Shown here: positions 51,584 through 64,000 of the stretch, piece by piece
Numbering within the stretch: position 1 is the stretch's first letter
Layout of the letters: every line of letters begins with the position of its first letter
DNA from: Octopus sinensis
Lineage: Eukaryota
Assembly: GCF_006345805.1 (NCBI RefSeq)
Contig: NC_043018.1
Location: 29,388,001-29,452,000 of the forward strand
Direction: 5' to 3'
Length of the DNA: 64,000 nt
The notes under the pieces: generated by a model
What the model saw: only the letters and a program-made list of their open reading frames with translations
Databases searched by the model: none
Told to the model about the DNA's origin: nothing
Position numbers and translations under genes: made by a program

Positions 51584-51756
51584 ATGTAATACATGTCCTT
51601 GGAGTAGTAATTGTACGCGGTTGAAGAAGGCTATTGACATACAAATGACATCAATTATGCATTGATATAAACCGTCTAATAAAAGCCAGAAACATATGTA
51701 CCGCTAAATCCTTTGCATCATGTTTTTATTCTGATAAATATATATATATATGCATA

Positions 51757-52394
51757 CTAGCTAAAGAGCGCGTCGTTGCTAGACACTTTTTACAATAGAA
51801 TGTCTTATATAAATCTTTATTTATTCCATATCAGAGTAAGCCTTCCCCAAGGACATCTTAAACAGGACAGATTTGTGCAGTTTCCTGCCAAAACTCTTCG
51901 TTGTGGTATTTTTTTCTTTTTAGATTACTTACATGTCTGTTAGACCCTTTCACATAACTTTATTCATTAAAACTTCAGAAGTTCTTACAGATTCAGTCAC
52001 ATCGTAATGCCTAGCTTTCGTTTGTTTTATAAAAATCCCTTCCGCTAACGATTTTACTTTCATTTCGTGATAGACAGCTACCATGCAGAAAATGCCAGTT
52101 TCCAAATCCTGTTTTCTGATTATGTAAAATTGATTAAACTTTAAACCACAGTAACATTTTTCTGCAAATTTTCAGGAACAAATAAATAAGAAAATCGGAT
52201 TTAAGGTGGAAACTTATTTGAGTAAACCAAATTTGTAAATTTTGTCGTAATTTGAGAATCTCACAATATGTGACAGCAAAAGGGAAGCCCTACAAAAGTA
52301 GAGAGATAGGCAGTTATTGGACGTGACACACACAAATGAAAACGTACACACAAATAAAATGCTGTATAGTACATATATGTATTATTTGCGCATG

Positions 52395-52457
<63 letters not shown>

Positions 52458-52910
52458 ATGTATGCATGTGGGGATTTTCATTGCGATTGACAGCCGAAAA
52501 GCCATCTAATCCCTCTCTCCTTCAAGCTACGTATTCCTCACACCCCACTTTCTGGGTGTGTGCGTGTGTGAAAGTACGCAGGCAGCGTCGCATGTATATG
52601 ACATCTGTAATAACGTTACTATCCCATTGCCACCGCTGTTCTTGCTTTGACTGATATAAGTCACCTTCTCTCAGTTACTACCTTACCCTGAGACTAATAC
52701 TATATGCAACCTTCGCATTTCATCATATAATTCGCCCAACGCCCCTGGGGGACACATCATACACTTTTATTGAAATCTAATTTGTCTATTATTGAACTGG
52801 ATGTTAGTGCAACATGCAGGGAACGTTTCGTGAATATTGCTTCACTGGTTTAGGCAGTAAGGTGGTAACACACAGACAGACAGACCAAAATTGCTATTTA
52901 CACATATAGG
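51757..52910 (-). mobile_element. Non-autonomous Helitron-like element
   Basis: Minus 3' end CTAG|T with a nearby agc...gct hairpin. Minus 5' end ctatatgtgtaaatagcaattttggtctgtctgtctgtg resembles the 5' end of the Helitron at 45164. Confidence 0.6.
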
Positions 52911-53404
52911 TATACCACGGGCTTCTTTCAGTTTCCCTCTACTAAATCCATTCAGTAGGCTTTGGTCGGCCCCAGTTTATAGCAGAAGACATGTGGCCCA
53001 GGTGCCACGCAGTGGGACTGAACCCGGAATCATGTGGTTGGAAAGGAAGCGTCTTACCACACAGTAACTCATTAAGGAAGTCTACAATGAAGAGGATAAC
53101 TGAAAATACCAATAAAAAATCGAGTACTCCTATAGACAGAAACGTGCCCTGCAACTCCTGGAGAGAATCCACGACTGTGTTTCTGATTTTCTAAAGCTGT
53201 TTTCACAAGTATTCTGCTGGTTTTGTCTTGTTCTTAATAATATATTACTTCTATTTACCCAGGAATATACCCGGTGTTTCTACACCAATGCCAGTTTAGT
53301 TTCCCACAGTGTTCCAGTCAGAGAGTGCAGATAACCAGGATTTCGGGTTGAAAGCAGGTTTTGAAATGCATCGATTTGCCTACCCAACCAGAACTTAGAT
53401 TACA

Positions 53405-53800
53405 TGTTTGTGCATTAGCGTACACATGTGTGTATATGAGCGTACGCATGTGTATGTGCATGAGCATACGTGCGTGTGTGTACTAGCACACGCGCGTGTG
53501 TGTGTGTATGCACGTACGCGTGTGTGTTGCGTGAGTGTATGAGCGCACGCGTGTGTGTGTATGAGTGAAGGCATGTGTGGGTATGACCGCACGCATGTGT
53601 GTATATCAGCGCAAGCATGTGTGTGTATGAGCGCAAGCATGTGTGAGTATAAGCGCACGCGTGTGTGTGTATGAGCGCACAATGTGTGTATGAGCGCACG
53701 CATGTGTGTATGTATGAGTCCACGCATGTGTGTGTGTATGAGCCCACGCATGTGTGCATGTATTAGCCCTCGCTTGTGTATGTAGTATGTGTGTGCATGA
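53405..53800. repeat. About 20-bp minisatellite (gtgtgtatgagcgcacgcat)n, degenerate
   Basis: Read directly from the sequence. Confidence 0.85.
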
Positions 53801-54423
53801 GTGTGTAAGGAGTACATTCTCTAAAATGTCTTTGAAATTTTAATAATGTAGGATACGAAAGCAAATAGGATTTGAGATTTTTGGAGCTTTGTTTCCTTTA
53901 TCTACCAGTACGAAACATCTCTTAACGTCTACCAGTTTCGCTCGAGGGAGACATGGCTTTACGTGGGAAGTTTACCATATTTCGAGGCAATATTAACCAC
54001 AATGATTTCGAAATGCACTGAAGGAGAAAATTTCATTAATCGAGAAATGAAAGGAAACTATCAGAGAAGGCCAACAAGAGACAAAACAGGCAATTTCGTC
54101 AAGTGAGTGAAATTGTCCTATGGCTTTATGGTATCAACGTGATCTTCTTATGAATCAAATTTGATCTTATCAGATTTAGAATTACGTAAATTGAATCAAG
54201 TGCTGTGAAGTGATTCGCCGCAGGCTACAAAAGAACGTATGACAAGCATTAGGAATCTGGGATGTGTAGGCTGTAAGATCGAACTATGAACAGTCTAGCT
54301 AGCAAACTTATCTTGTAAAATGCGCCGCTTTTATTATGTAAGTATATATATATATAGATACACACGCACACATTACCTTGTAAAATCAAATCCACCGCTT
54401 TTATTATGTAAATATATATATAT

Positions 54424-54498
<75 letters not shown>

Positions 54499-54551
54499 AT
54501 ACACACGCACACACATTCACACGCACACACATACATACACGCACTTATATA

Positions 54552-55330
54552 CAGGTTGCGGTGAATAAAATGTCGTCTAAATTACGCAAAAATGAAAATA
54601 ATACTGACATCTCATTTTAACAGATATATTTACCAAAATTACATAAAAATATCTTGAAATACTAAAGAGTAAATTTATTCAATAAAATCCCCATTGGCTT
54701 CAACCACGGCCTCTAGGGAACTTCGGAATCTCCTCCAACTCTTCTGGATGGTCTCCTTGTTTAAGTTGGTAAATGCTGCCATAATCCTTGACTTAGGTTT
54801 ATCTTTGGTGTTACAAGGAGTTTTATTGGTCTCTCGCTCAACTGCGCCCCACACAATAAGCAAGGGTGTTGAAGTCTGGGGAGTTAGGTGGCCAGATTTT
54901 AGGGATGATGTGGTCGCAGAAATTGTCTGACAACCATGATTGGGTTCTCCTGCATGTGAGGCATGGTGAAGAGTTCTATTGCCAGACATAGGGTCTTCCT
55001 GCAGCCACCCTCTTCACCCAGCGCAGCATTACCTCATCTGGACACTTGATGTAGGCCTCCGTGTTGAGTCTAAAGCCACATAAGGAGATGAACGGAGGCA
55101 CAATGTAACAATCTTTAGTGATCTCTCCAAACACCATGATGTTGAATGGATGTTTGATTTTTATCACTCTCGGTACATGTCCTCAGATTGACACCCAAAC
55201 ACTCTGGCAGGGTGAATTGCGTCACGGTGGTGCTTTTATCACACATGGTGTCCAATTGACCCTACTATACTGTTAGTCGTCAAAATCAGAAGCAATGTGC
55301 AGGCGCGAAATTAAAAATACAAATGTATCT
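54552..55330 (-). mobile_element. Tc1/mariner (maT/DD37D-like) relic
   Basis: One end is TA|caggttgcggtgaataaa. Minus translation ...YVWQ*NSSP...WPPNSPDFNTLA.VWGAVERETN...LEAVVEANGDFIE*, with 37 residues between the two (now mutated) catalytic positions. The second TIR is eroded. Confidence 0.85.
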
Positions 55331-55589
55331 ATCCATAAATTATTTACCTACCTAAAAATGTATTTCTATATATCTACCTATGTGAACCTGTAGATGCATC
55401 GAAAACTATGTGAATGAGTCTTTTATGAGCTTCATTGGTGACAATATGCACACGCACATACGCACGCACATACATACGCACATGCATACATTCGCACATA
55501 CATACACGCGCACAAACACGCAGACACATACATTACATGTATTACATACATACATACATTGCATATATACATATATTACATATATACAA

Positions 55590-55689
55590 ACAAACATACA
55601 TACATACATACATACAAACATACATACATACATACATACATACATACATACATACATACATACATACATACATACATACATACATACAT
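55590..55689. repeat. (ACAT)n array (also about 26205-26305)
   Basis: Read directly from the sequence. Confidence 0.95.
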
Positions 55690-56166
55690 TTCAGGCCACA
55701 TGATTTACAATATCATACCTTTTCCCCCCTGGCTGAAAAGTTGAACTTGCGTAATTAAAAAAAAAATGTTTATTGCATTCTGGGAATGGTGTTGAGATAG
55801 AGCAACTCTGATATCCATCAGGGAAACATTATATCACTCTGTTTAGTATATTTGCTTGACAATAATAATTGAGTCATAAAAGAAACCAAGAAAGGAAGAA
55901 AACGACTATTAGCTAGACATAAGTGTGTAAACAGATAACAATAATAGCTCTGTTCAATGCTAATAAATTCTTGCAGTTTCGCACGTGAATATCTGATCGC
56001 CGCTGTTTCCGCCATCGGAGGATACTTCCTCTGCGTAAGTGATTCAACGGTTTACCGATGGATGAGGACTTTGAGTTACTGCAATGTTTCAACCGTGTTA
56101 TCTAATCAGATGGGGGACAGGAATACATAGAGATGCATGGATGTATAACGTTGGTATACAAAGAAT

Positions 56167-56399
56167 AAGGCGACGAGCTGGTAGAACCGTTAGCACGCCG
56201 AGCGAAATGCTTAGCGGTATTTCGTCTGCCGTTACGTTCTGAGTTCAAATTCCGCCGAGGTTGACTTTGCCTTTCATCCTTTTGGGGTCGATAAATTAAG
56301 TACCAGTTACGCACTGGGGTGGATGTAATCGACTTAATACCTATGTCTGTCTTTGTTTGCCCCCTCTGTGTTTAGCCCCTTGTGGGTAATAAAGAAATA
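56167..56399 (+). mobile_element. SINE family B, young copy with a 14-bp TSD
   Basis: ggtatacaaagaat at 56153-56166 and 56400-56413. Confidence 0.95.
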
Positions 56400-56449
56400 G
56401 GTATACAAAGAATCTGCTTCGTTCGGAGCACCACCAGATAGGGTCACTG

Positions 56450-56858
56450 TTTACTCTTTTACTTGTTTCAGTCATTTGATTATGGCTATGCTAGAGCATT
56501 GCCTTTAGTCGAACAAATTGACCCCAGTATTTATTCTTTATAAGCGTAGTACTTATTTTATCAGTCTCTTTTGCCGAACCGCTAAGTTACGGGGACGTAA
56601 ACACACCAGCATCTGTTGTCAGGCGATGTTGGGGGGACAAACACAGACACACAAACAAATACACACACATACATATTCATACATACATACATATATATAT
56701 ACGACGGGCTTCTTTCAGTTTCCGTCTACCAAATCCACTCACAAAGCTTTGGTCAGCCCGAGGCTATAGTAGAAGACACTTACCTAAGGTGCCACGCAGT
56801 GGGACTGAACTCGGAACCATGTGGTTGTTAAGCAAGCTACTTACCACACAGACACTAC
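56450..56858 (-). mobile_element. SINE family A
   Basis: Full-length reverse copy. Confidence 0.9.
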
Positions 56859-56959
56859 TTTGGAAAAGCCGGATACCAAATTGTACACCATTATAGGGTA
56901 AGTGAAATGCTAAATAAACAATTCTAAAGTACCTTCACTTCTCCATTGGGAAACATGCA

Positions 56960-58600
56960 AATAATCAAACCTGAAGAGGTTTTCAGCACAGCAGGTCCAC
57001 ATGGGAAAGAGGCAGCCATCGATTACATAGAAAGGAAAGACGAGGAAGCTGCAATATCGGTCATTGATGTGATAAACTCAAACTCAGCAGCGGGCCCAGA
57101 TTGATTTCCGGCTGTTCTTCTAAAAGTTTGCAAGAAAGCTGTAACAAAGCTACTGCAGATACGTTTTCAGAGCTGCCTTGCATGTGAAAAACTTCCCAAA
57201 TTAATAAAAGAAAGTATCATATGTTCTGTTAATGAAGGAGGAAGCAGAGCAGATGCTAAAAATTACTGTCTTATCTCTCTGATTTCACATGCTAACAAGG
57301 TCATAGAACGTATTACCAGAAAGATGTTGATCCGGTTCCTGGAAGAAAATAACTTGCTCGCAAATACAGAGAGCTGCTACCGCATTACAACTGAGTTCTG
57401 AAACAGCAATACAATGATGAGAATTTCAAGCAATCCATTATCGGCCCACGAACAGACTACAATTGCAATACACAAAACCAGGGCGCAGTTCAACCCCAGA
57501 GTCAGGGACGGTTCGTGGATGGGAATCTGCGTGAGTAATGATGCAACATACCATGTGTATACTACCAGGATGGAGACATTGTGCAGAGAAGTAGCTGGAT
57601 GGATTATGAGATTATTCAGAACCAGAAAAATAGATAGCATGCTGTTCTTGTGGAGAACGTTTGTCCTTAGTCGTCTGGACTACTGCTGCCCAATTATGGT
57701 TACTAGAGGGTGTCAAACTTGTGGCGGAACTTGAGGCAATTCAGCGTCACTACACAAAGATGACTGACTGGATGAAACGGTTGAGTTACTACAAGAGGCT
57801 AAGAGAATGGAATTCTGCTCCCTAAAGAGAAGGCGTGAAAACAATACATATGGCATCGTGGTAGTCATATGGAAGATCCTGGAGGGTCTAGCTCCCAATT
57901 TTGGAATTGAAAGCTATACCAACTACCGAACTGGACGGTACTGCGTAATACCAAATATCCCGCCTTCTCTATTTCGAATAAGTACGACGCCGTGGTGATC
58001 TCATCTCGCTCACAACATCATAAGCGGAAAGTGCAACCTCTCAAAAGAGCTGTTCTTCACTCCTGCTCCAGAGCGTGGGCTGCGGGGTCACTCCGAAAAG
58101 CTCTATCTACGACGATTTCATCTCAATCGAAGGAGAGGCGCTTTCTCCGTCCGGGTTGCGGAACCGTGGAATAAGCCGCCGGCCGAGATAGTGAAGATGC
58201 CGACGATTGCTCGGTTCAAAGTCTCTCTTGACCAGAATTGGTCTGAACTCTTTGTATGACCACCCTCCCTGTACATAACTCCCTGTCCCCCTACATGGCG
58301 TTGCTTTTGCTTTTTGAGCCAATAAAAATTGAATTGAATAGTGTAACAACTTCGGTTTCGCGGGTCTATAACTATTCAACATTCTGCCAATAACCTTAGA
58401 AATTTGCGAGATGTAGATGTGGAGGTCTGGACAAATATCTGAATTACCCGAGGAGCCCCCAAAGGGCGTTTGGACAAATTTGTATGTAAAATCACGCCAG
58501 GAAGCACAAAGAAGAGCGGCACCATCCAACACGCATCTTCACCGAGAAACAGTACCGAAAGGAAATCCAAACACACTGAAAGGCAGTGCTCCAGCATGGT
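56960..58600 (+). pseudogene. Decayed CR1-clade LINE ORF2 (RT core deleted), interrupted by a nested CR1 fragment
   Basis: SAAGPD.FPAVLLKVC...NYCLISLISHANKVIERI...FLEENNLL; FVLSRLDYCCP; LEAIQRHYTK; SLKRRRE; IWKILEGLAPN. Confidence 0.85.
57985..58338 (+). mobile_element. Nested CR1-type LINE 3' end (different family)
   Basis: RRRGDLI...LRGHSEKLYLRRFHLNRRRGAFSVRVAEPWNK.PAEIV...FKVSLD*, then AATAAA and a (TTGAA)2 tail. Confidence 0.85.
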
Positions 58601-60481
58601 CTCAGCCTTTAGCTGTAACCAATAATTGATATAAGATAACGGATATATATGTTCATAGTTATTTATACTCACACACCCATTCATATATACGCATGAGCAG
58701 AGATAACAACGGACACAGATAAGAATATATGAGAGATAATGTGATAAATAATTGCATAGATTCACTTAGCGGTAAATAGATATTTGTAATTCGTCCCTGG
58801 ACAGTAATACCCATAATGAGGGAATCCAGTCCTTTGTAGCCGTCTATGTATCAAGATCGTTGATAAGTTTTATCAATGAGAGGAATATGACACTAACGAT
58901 ATTCACTTAATTTGGTTTGGAACGGAAACGACGCGGAAAAAAGCATTTTTATATATGTTCAGCAACGTTTTAACTGCGCCACATACGATCAAAAACATTT
59001 ATTACATAAGTTTTCTCTGGTTCTTTTCGTAATGTGTGGGGCCATACTTTGATGTATCTACTACACAGAAGCACATGCAATCAGTTCTGCAATAGTGGCC
59101 ATCGTTTATGCCGGTTGCGGTGAGTGGGTAACTGATTGCAATGAAATTTCTGATCGATGTTAATTCATGCACGTATGTTGTATGATGTTCAACTTTACAG
59201 AAATAGACAAACATAAACACACATGCACACGCGAACATATGAATACTAAGAAGTACATATAGAGCCATATCCATACATGCATATATAATCTTTATATATG
59301 TATGTATATATATATATATATATATATATGGTGTATAAATGAGTAAATACCAAATGCATATATGGTATGCATGTGCTTGTATATATTTATATATGTATAT
59401 AGCCAAAGAAACAGATTTCAGCTCAAACCAGCAGTAATTTTCCTTGTTTTTAGTCCCCTACTATTCTACTATCATCGTAGGATAAATTTATACAAATTTA
59501 TATACAGCCTGGAGAAACAAATATAAACTGAATATAAATATAAATCCAAGATTAGTTCTAAAACTAGACCCGTAGCTACAATTACTTTCTCTCGATTTGT
59601 ATTAAACCCACCAATCATTCTGATTTGTACTAAATACACTGGACTCTCTCTCACACACACACCCAGATATAGCCACGCATTATCGACACAAACTTTTCAA
59701 TGGTGCATTCACGATTATACTTCAAATCAATAACTGAGGTTCAGTGCATTATTCTAAAATGCCACTGGGTAGAAAACGAAATCAGTGCACTGATAAGCGC
59801 TTGGTACATTTACCATAACGGTCACAGTCCTTTTACAGATCTGCAAAACAGATTGAAAACAATATAAAAGAAATCACAGCATTGTTTCACACTTTACACA
59901 CGCACATGGTAACACTGGAAGCATGCTTGTCAAGAGACGTAGCGCACAAACTAACCCAATGCTCTCAGGTCCGGGGTCACTTCAACGACCTGTTGGCCAG
60001 CAACAAACAACGTACTCATAGATATCGCTATCTGACCTAATTCCATCCAACACTACCATGGCAAGCCAGGAGTCACTATCGCAACAGCAGCCTGCTACTG
60101 CTACTACATTGGAAGCACCTTGTTTGGCACCATTATCTGAAGTTCACCCACCGCTACTGTCCCAAGTCAATTTCCACTGCCGTTACAGCAACAACAACAG
60201 TCTGCTACTGCTACTACAAGAGGACCACTGACCAATGAGCCAGCCAATATAGAAAAGCCTCTAATATGCTCACGTCCAAAACTCTGCCTTCTTTTACTGT
60301 TATCCATTTGTTTCGTATCATTTTTTATTGAATGATTCATTATTTAATTAATTATCGATGTGATGGCCATTCGTCTTGTTTCATACCCCCACCCAATCGT
60401 AGAATCTCAGACTTATTGTCTTGCTTTTATGGTCATTTGGATTTAAAGGGGACATAAAGGGTTCTGTCAAATAAGTAAATA

Positions 60482-60897
60482 GGAGCAGGAGTGGCCGTGT
60501 GGTAAGTAGCTTTCTTACCAACCCCATGGTTCCGGGTTCAGTCCCACTGCATGGTACCTTGGGTATGTGCCTTCTACTATAGCCTCGGGCCGACCAAAGC
60601 CTTGTGTGTGGATTTGGTAGACGGAAACTGAAAGAGGCTCGTCGTATACATGTATATGTATGTATATATATATATATGTGTGTATATGTGTATGTTTGTG
60701 TGTCTGTGTTTGTCTCCCCAACATCACTTGGCAACCGGTGTTGGTGTGTTTACGTATCCGTAACTTAACGGTTCGGCAAAATAGACCAATAGAATAAGTA
60801 CTAGGCTTACAAAGAATAAGTTCTGGGGTCGATTTGCTCGACTAAAAAAGGTGGTGCTCCAGCATGGACACAGTCAAATGATTGAAACAAGTAAAAG
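60482..60897 (+). mobile_element. SINE family A
   Basis: Full-length copy. Confidence 0.92.
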
Positions 60898-61561
60898 GAT
60901 ATATAAATAACTGGGTGACCTTTGCCCGAAAACCGCTGCTTGAAAGAAATTAAAGGCTAAAAGAAATTATCTGTCTTAGTTGTAGGGGTGAGATGCTTCA
61001 CTGTCTGATTCCCTCATCCCCATCCTCTAAACTCCTTCATCGCTATAAATCTTCGTTACCCTACTACCCACGCATGACATCGCGTATTCTCCTATAATAC
61101 TACCAAACTGAACTAACAAATTTATTCTGTGACCAGCAAGGGTTTTAGAATCATGAAGATGGAGTCCCATTCACTTTCGAATGTTTTTGAATATTGTGAT
61201 TCGTGCATTCACCTGATGAAAATGACTTTTTCTAATGATGCAATGTCTCCATTAATCAAAATTTAGTTGGACACAACATCTATCTGTTTTCACTTATCCA
61301 TATACGCATACACACACATATATACACGACATGCTTCCACAAATTTTCCTTGTAACAGATTAAGTCCCAAAACATTGATCAGTTCGGGGTTCTATTAGAA
61401 ATCAGTTACACATGGTACCACGGGACTGTACCCGAAAACACGTGCTTGTAAAGCGAACCCGAAAGTACGTGATTTTTAACCATTCAGCCATGTTTGCACG
61501 TAGCCATGTTTGCATGTAGTCTAAACTCATACCAGTATGAGCTAGTATTTTAGTTATTATT

Positions 61562-62005
61562 ATTCTATGTTTGACTTTTGCTTTACATTTGCACAAGCTG
61601 GCTCCAAGTATCACCCAGAGACCTCAAGAGACAACAACTTGGAAGTTGATGCTGGTATCATGCCTAGGGTGCCAGATATTTGGTTTTGTACTTAGTGAAT
61701 ACCTAAAAAACATACGAAAATTATGTTTGTTTTTAAAACTTGAGATTACAAAGAATGTATTTTGCGTAGGATATGAGCAGTTCCCATGAGCACTATCTTT
61801 TGAATATCTGCCAAATTTGGGTTTCCTGGTATCTGAATTAGGTAGCAATCAGCCCCTTTCGCTATCATTCCCAGGGCACCTATGACAATAGGTATTGTTT
61901 TAGTTTTCAGGTTCCACATTTTGCTGATTTCTATTTCAAGATCTTTATATTTGCTCAGCTTTTGGTAGGTCTTGACAGATACGTTTATATCGATTGGGAC
62001 AGCCA
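61562..62005 (-). mobile_element. R4/Dong-clade 3' fragment, family 2
   Basis: MAVPIDINVSVKTYQKLSKYKDLEIEISKMWNLKTKTIPIVIGALG...IQKIVLMGTAHILRK. (TAA)n on both sides. Confidence 0.92.
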
Positions 62006-62011
62006 TTATTA

Positions 62012-62068
<57 letters not shown>

Positions 62069-62929
62069 TATTATTATATTTATTACTATTTACCAGAAAT
62101 ATATGTGTTTTTCTCTTTCTCTGCTTATGCATATATATATGTACGTTTGAAACTAAATAAATGCGAATCGAAATCGTAAGAAAAGAGACGTTTTCGAAAT
62201 AGATGTGTATAAAATCAGACATTCTAATTTCGATTCACAAGAGAAATATATAAACATACAATAAAATTATATTGCGTCAAAGACAATGTGATACCAAGTA
62301 TTATGTAAAGTTGCTACCATTGCTACTATCACTAAGATAACAGCATGTGATTATTGCATTGTCTTAAGTCGTATATAAATGAATAGATATTAATTGTTGT
62401 ACTGTTAGTTTTCGATCATTTTCTTCTGAACCAATTGGTAGCCATACGTTATTTTGAATGATATATGCTTATTTAATTGCCTAAATGATCTCGCTACTTG
62501 ACAGAATTTGTCTACGATGGTAACTATCTTTATTGAAACATTACTATAATATTATAGCATTAACGATTAAAATCAGACATAATGATGCTATTGTGTACTA
62601 TATCCTCAATGAAATTGATAATCTATGTTATATTGGATTTTTGTGAACAATAATATCTCATTGGTTCTCAGTCACCAATTATGCATCTCTCGTTGGTTTA
62701 CAGCAACTGGTATGGCAGCTACGATACTACGAGTGATTATTTGTTTAATGCGGTGCTAATGGGGATTACGATTGAAAATAGGAAGATTTAGGATAGAATT
62801 GGAAAAGATAACATATGAGAATTAGGAGCAAATGTAACAGTTAGTGGACATAACTTCTTATCAATTTTATTTAAATTAAAACACAGAAAAAGTAGACATC
62901 CTCACTTTCCTCGTCAAATGATAGAAATA

Positions 62930-63260
62930 TCTTACTCTCAAAATTGGCAAATGTTGGAATCCGTGGAAAACTTCTACACAGGATTGAGCATTTCCTGGCG
63001 AATAGAACACAACATGTTATGGTCGATGGAGTCCACTGAAGCCCAGAAAAAACACCAGTGGTGTCCCTTGGGGGACTGTCTTGGTCCCTCTCCTCTCTTT
63101 GTAATCTACATAAACGACCTTTCCAGTGTCATAGAACATTGCAAAGTAAAAACTATTTTCTGATGGTACTGAGCTCCAGGAAGAAGACCTAACTCAACTC
63201 CAGTCTGATCTATATTGAAGAAATTGATGAGGACTTGACCGGATAGGAATATGCCTCTGT
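62930..63260 (+). pseudogene. CR1/L2-like RT core fragment
   Basis: KLANVGIRGKLLHRIEHFLANRTQHVMVDG...LGP..LFVIYINDL. Confidence 0.8.
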
Positions 63261-63431
63261 TCAAATCTTTCAGACAGATCCACACAGTCTCTTTTGCCAC
63301 AGCCACTAAGCAGAGAAATATATGTCTTCCTTCTCTACTAAGGGATGGTAATACAGTTCTATATTTAAGAGATGCGGAATTATTTACATTATTTGCATTT
63401 GACGGATATTGTCCTCATCTTGTTTCTTGTT

Positions 63432-63474
63432 AACACGTTTCGGCTGATATACCCGCCAGCCTACATCAGGTGAC
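63432..63474 (-). ncRNA. Decayed minimal HHR in a Penelope-like pLTR fragment (about 63355-63530)
   Basis: Minus strand: cac-CUGAUGU-a-GGCUG(10 nt)CAGCC-GAAA-CG-UGUU. Confidence 0.5.
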
Positions 63475-64000
63475 TTGGGGAAATTTAGAACCTGGATTCT
63501 CATTCCTAAGGTATTTTTCGAAGTTATTATTATATATGCCATGCAACCTGGAAAACGATCAGCATGAATCGAAAAGGTTACTCAATTTATTTTTTTTATT
63601 ATATCTTGGTCGATAACACCAATCCGAGCACTTGACTGTTACTTTATTTTATCGATAACGAAACGATGAAACTGGAAGTTGTCTCAGACTAGATTTGAAC
63701 TTAAAATGTAGAGATACCGTTAAGCCTTTTCTCCAACGTCATAACGATTCTGCGATATTGTCTGTCACCTTAGCTTCATTACTGGAGCATGAGAATTTCA
63801 GATATTAATCAGCTTCACAGAATGATACCCATTCCAAACTGAAAAATTGTTTCTGTTATTCTATATTAATGATGCTTACTTAGGCAATTTTCGCTGCTGT
63901 ATCCATAGTTTTTCAATTAATATATCATGGTGAATATGAAGTTTTAACACGTTGACTCACCTTGAACGTTCTACATGGAGTCATCGAAGTTTTTCTCAGT

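Noticed and set aside
1350-55758. Dozens of ORF-track entries rich in YI, CV, HT, LSIY or poly-I/L/Y
   Set aside because: They are translations of (TA)n, (TG)n, (AGAT)n and (TAA)n microsatellites, not genes.

Overview
AT-rich, microsatellite-saturated animal non-coding DNA (intron or intergenic). The SINE families and repeat landscape suggest an octopus genome, but this is an inference. I found no host protein-coding exon, and almost all ORF-track entries are microsatellite translations. Recognisable content: several R4/Dong-clade non-LTR retrotransposon fragments in (TAA)n; CR1-type LINE fragments, one nested in another; a full-length but dead mariner and a maT-like Tc1/mariner relic; a Helitron carrying a PIF1 helicase C-terminus; Helitron/DINE-1-like non-autonomous elements; a TIR MITE; and dozens of tRNA-derived SINEs from about 5 families. 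The main hidden signal is RNA structure. About ten hammerhead-ribozyme (HHR) motifs, intact or decayed, lie in small non-coding repeats. The best case is 36056-36514: a highly structured 356-bp unit with a type I HHR, 54-bp terminal redundancy, a 5' inversion and a 12-13 bp target-site duplication (TSD), making it a candidate retrozyme (retrotransposed ribozyme circRNA). A second case is a Penelope-like fold-back element at 27060-28135 with an HHR in each inverted arm. All alignments and folds were done by eye, so boundaries of decayed repeats are approximate.
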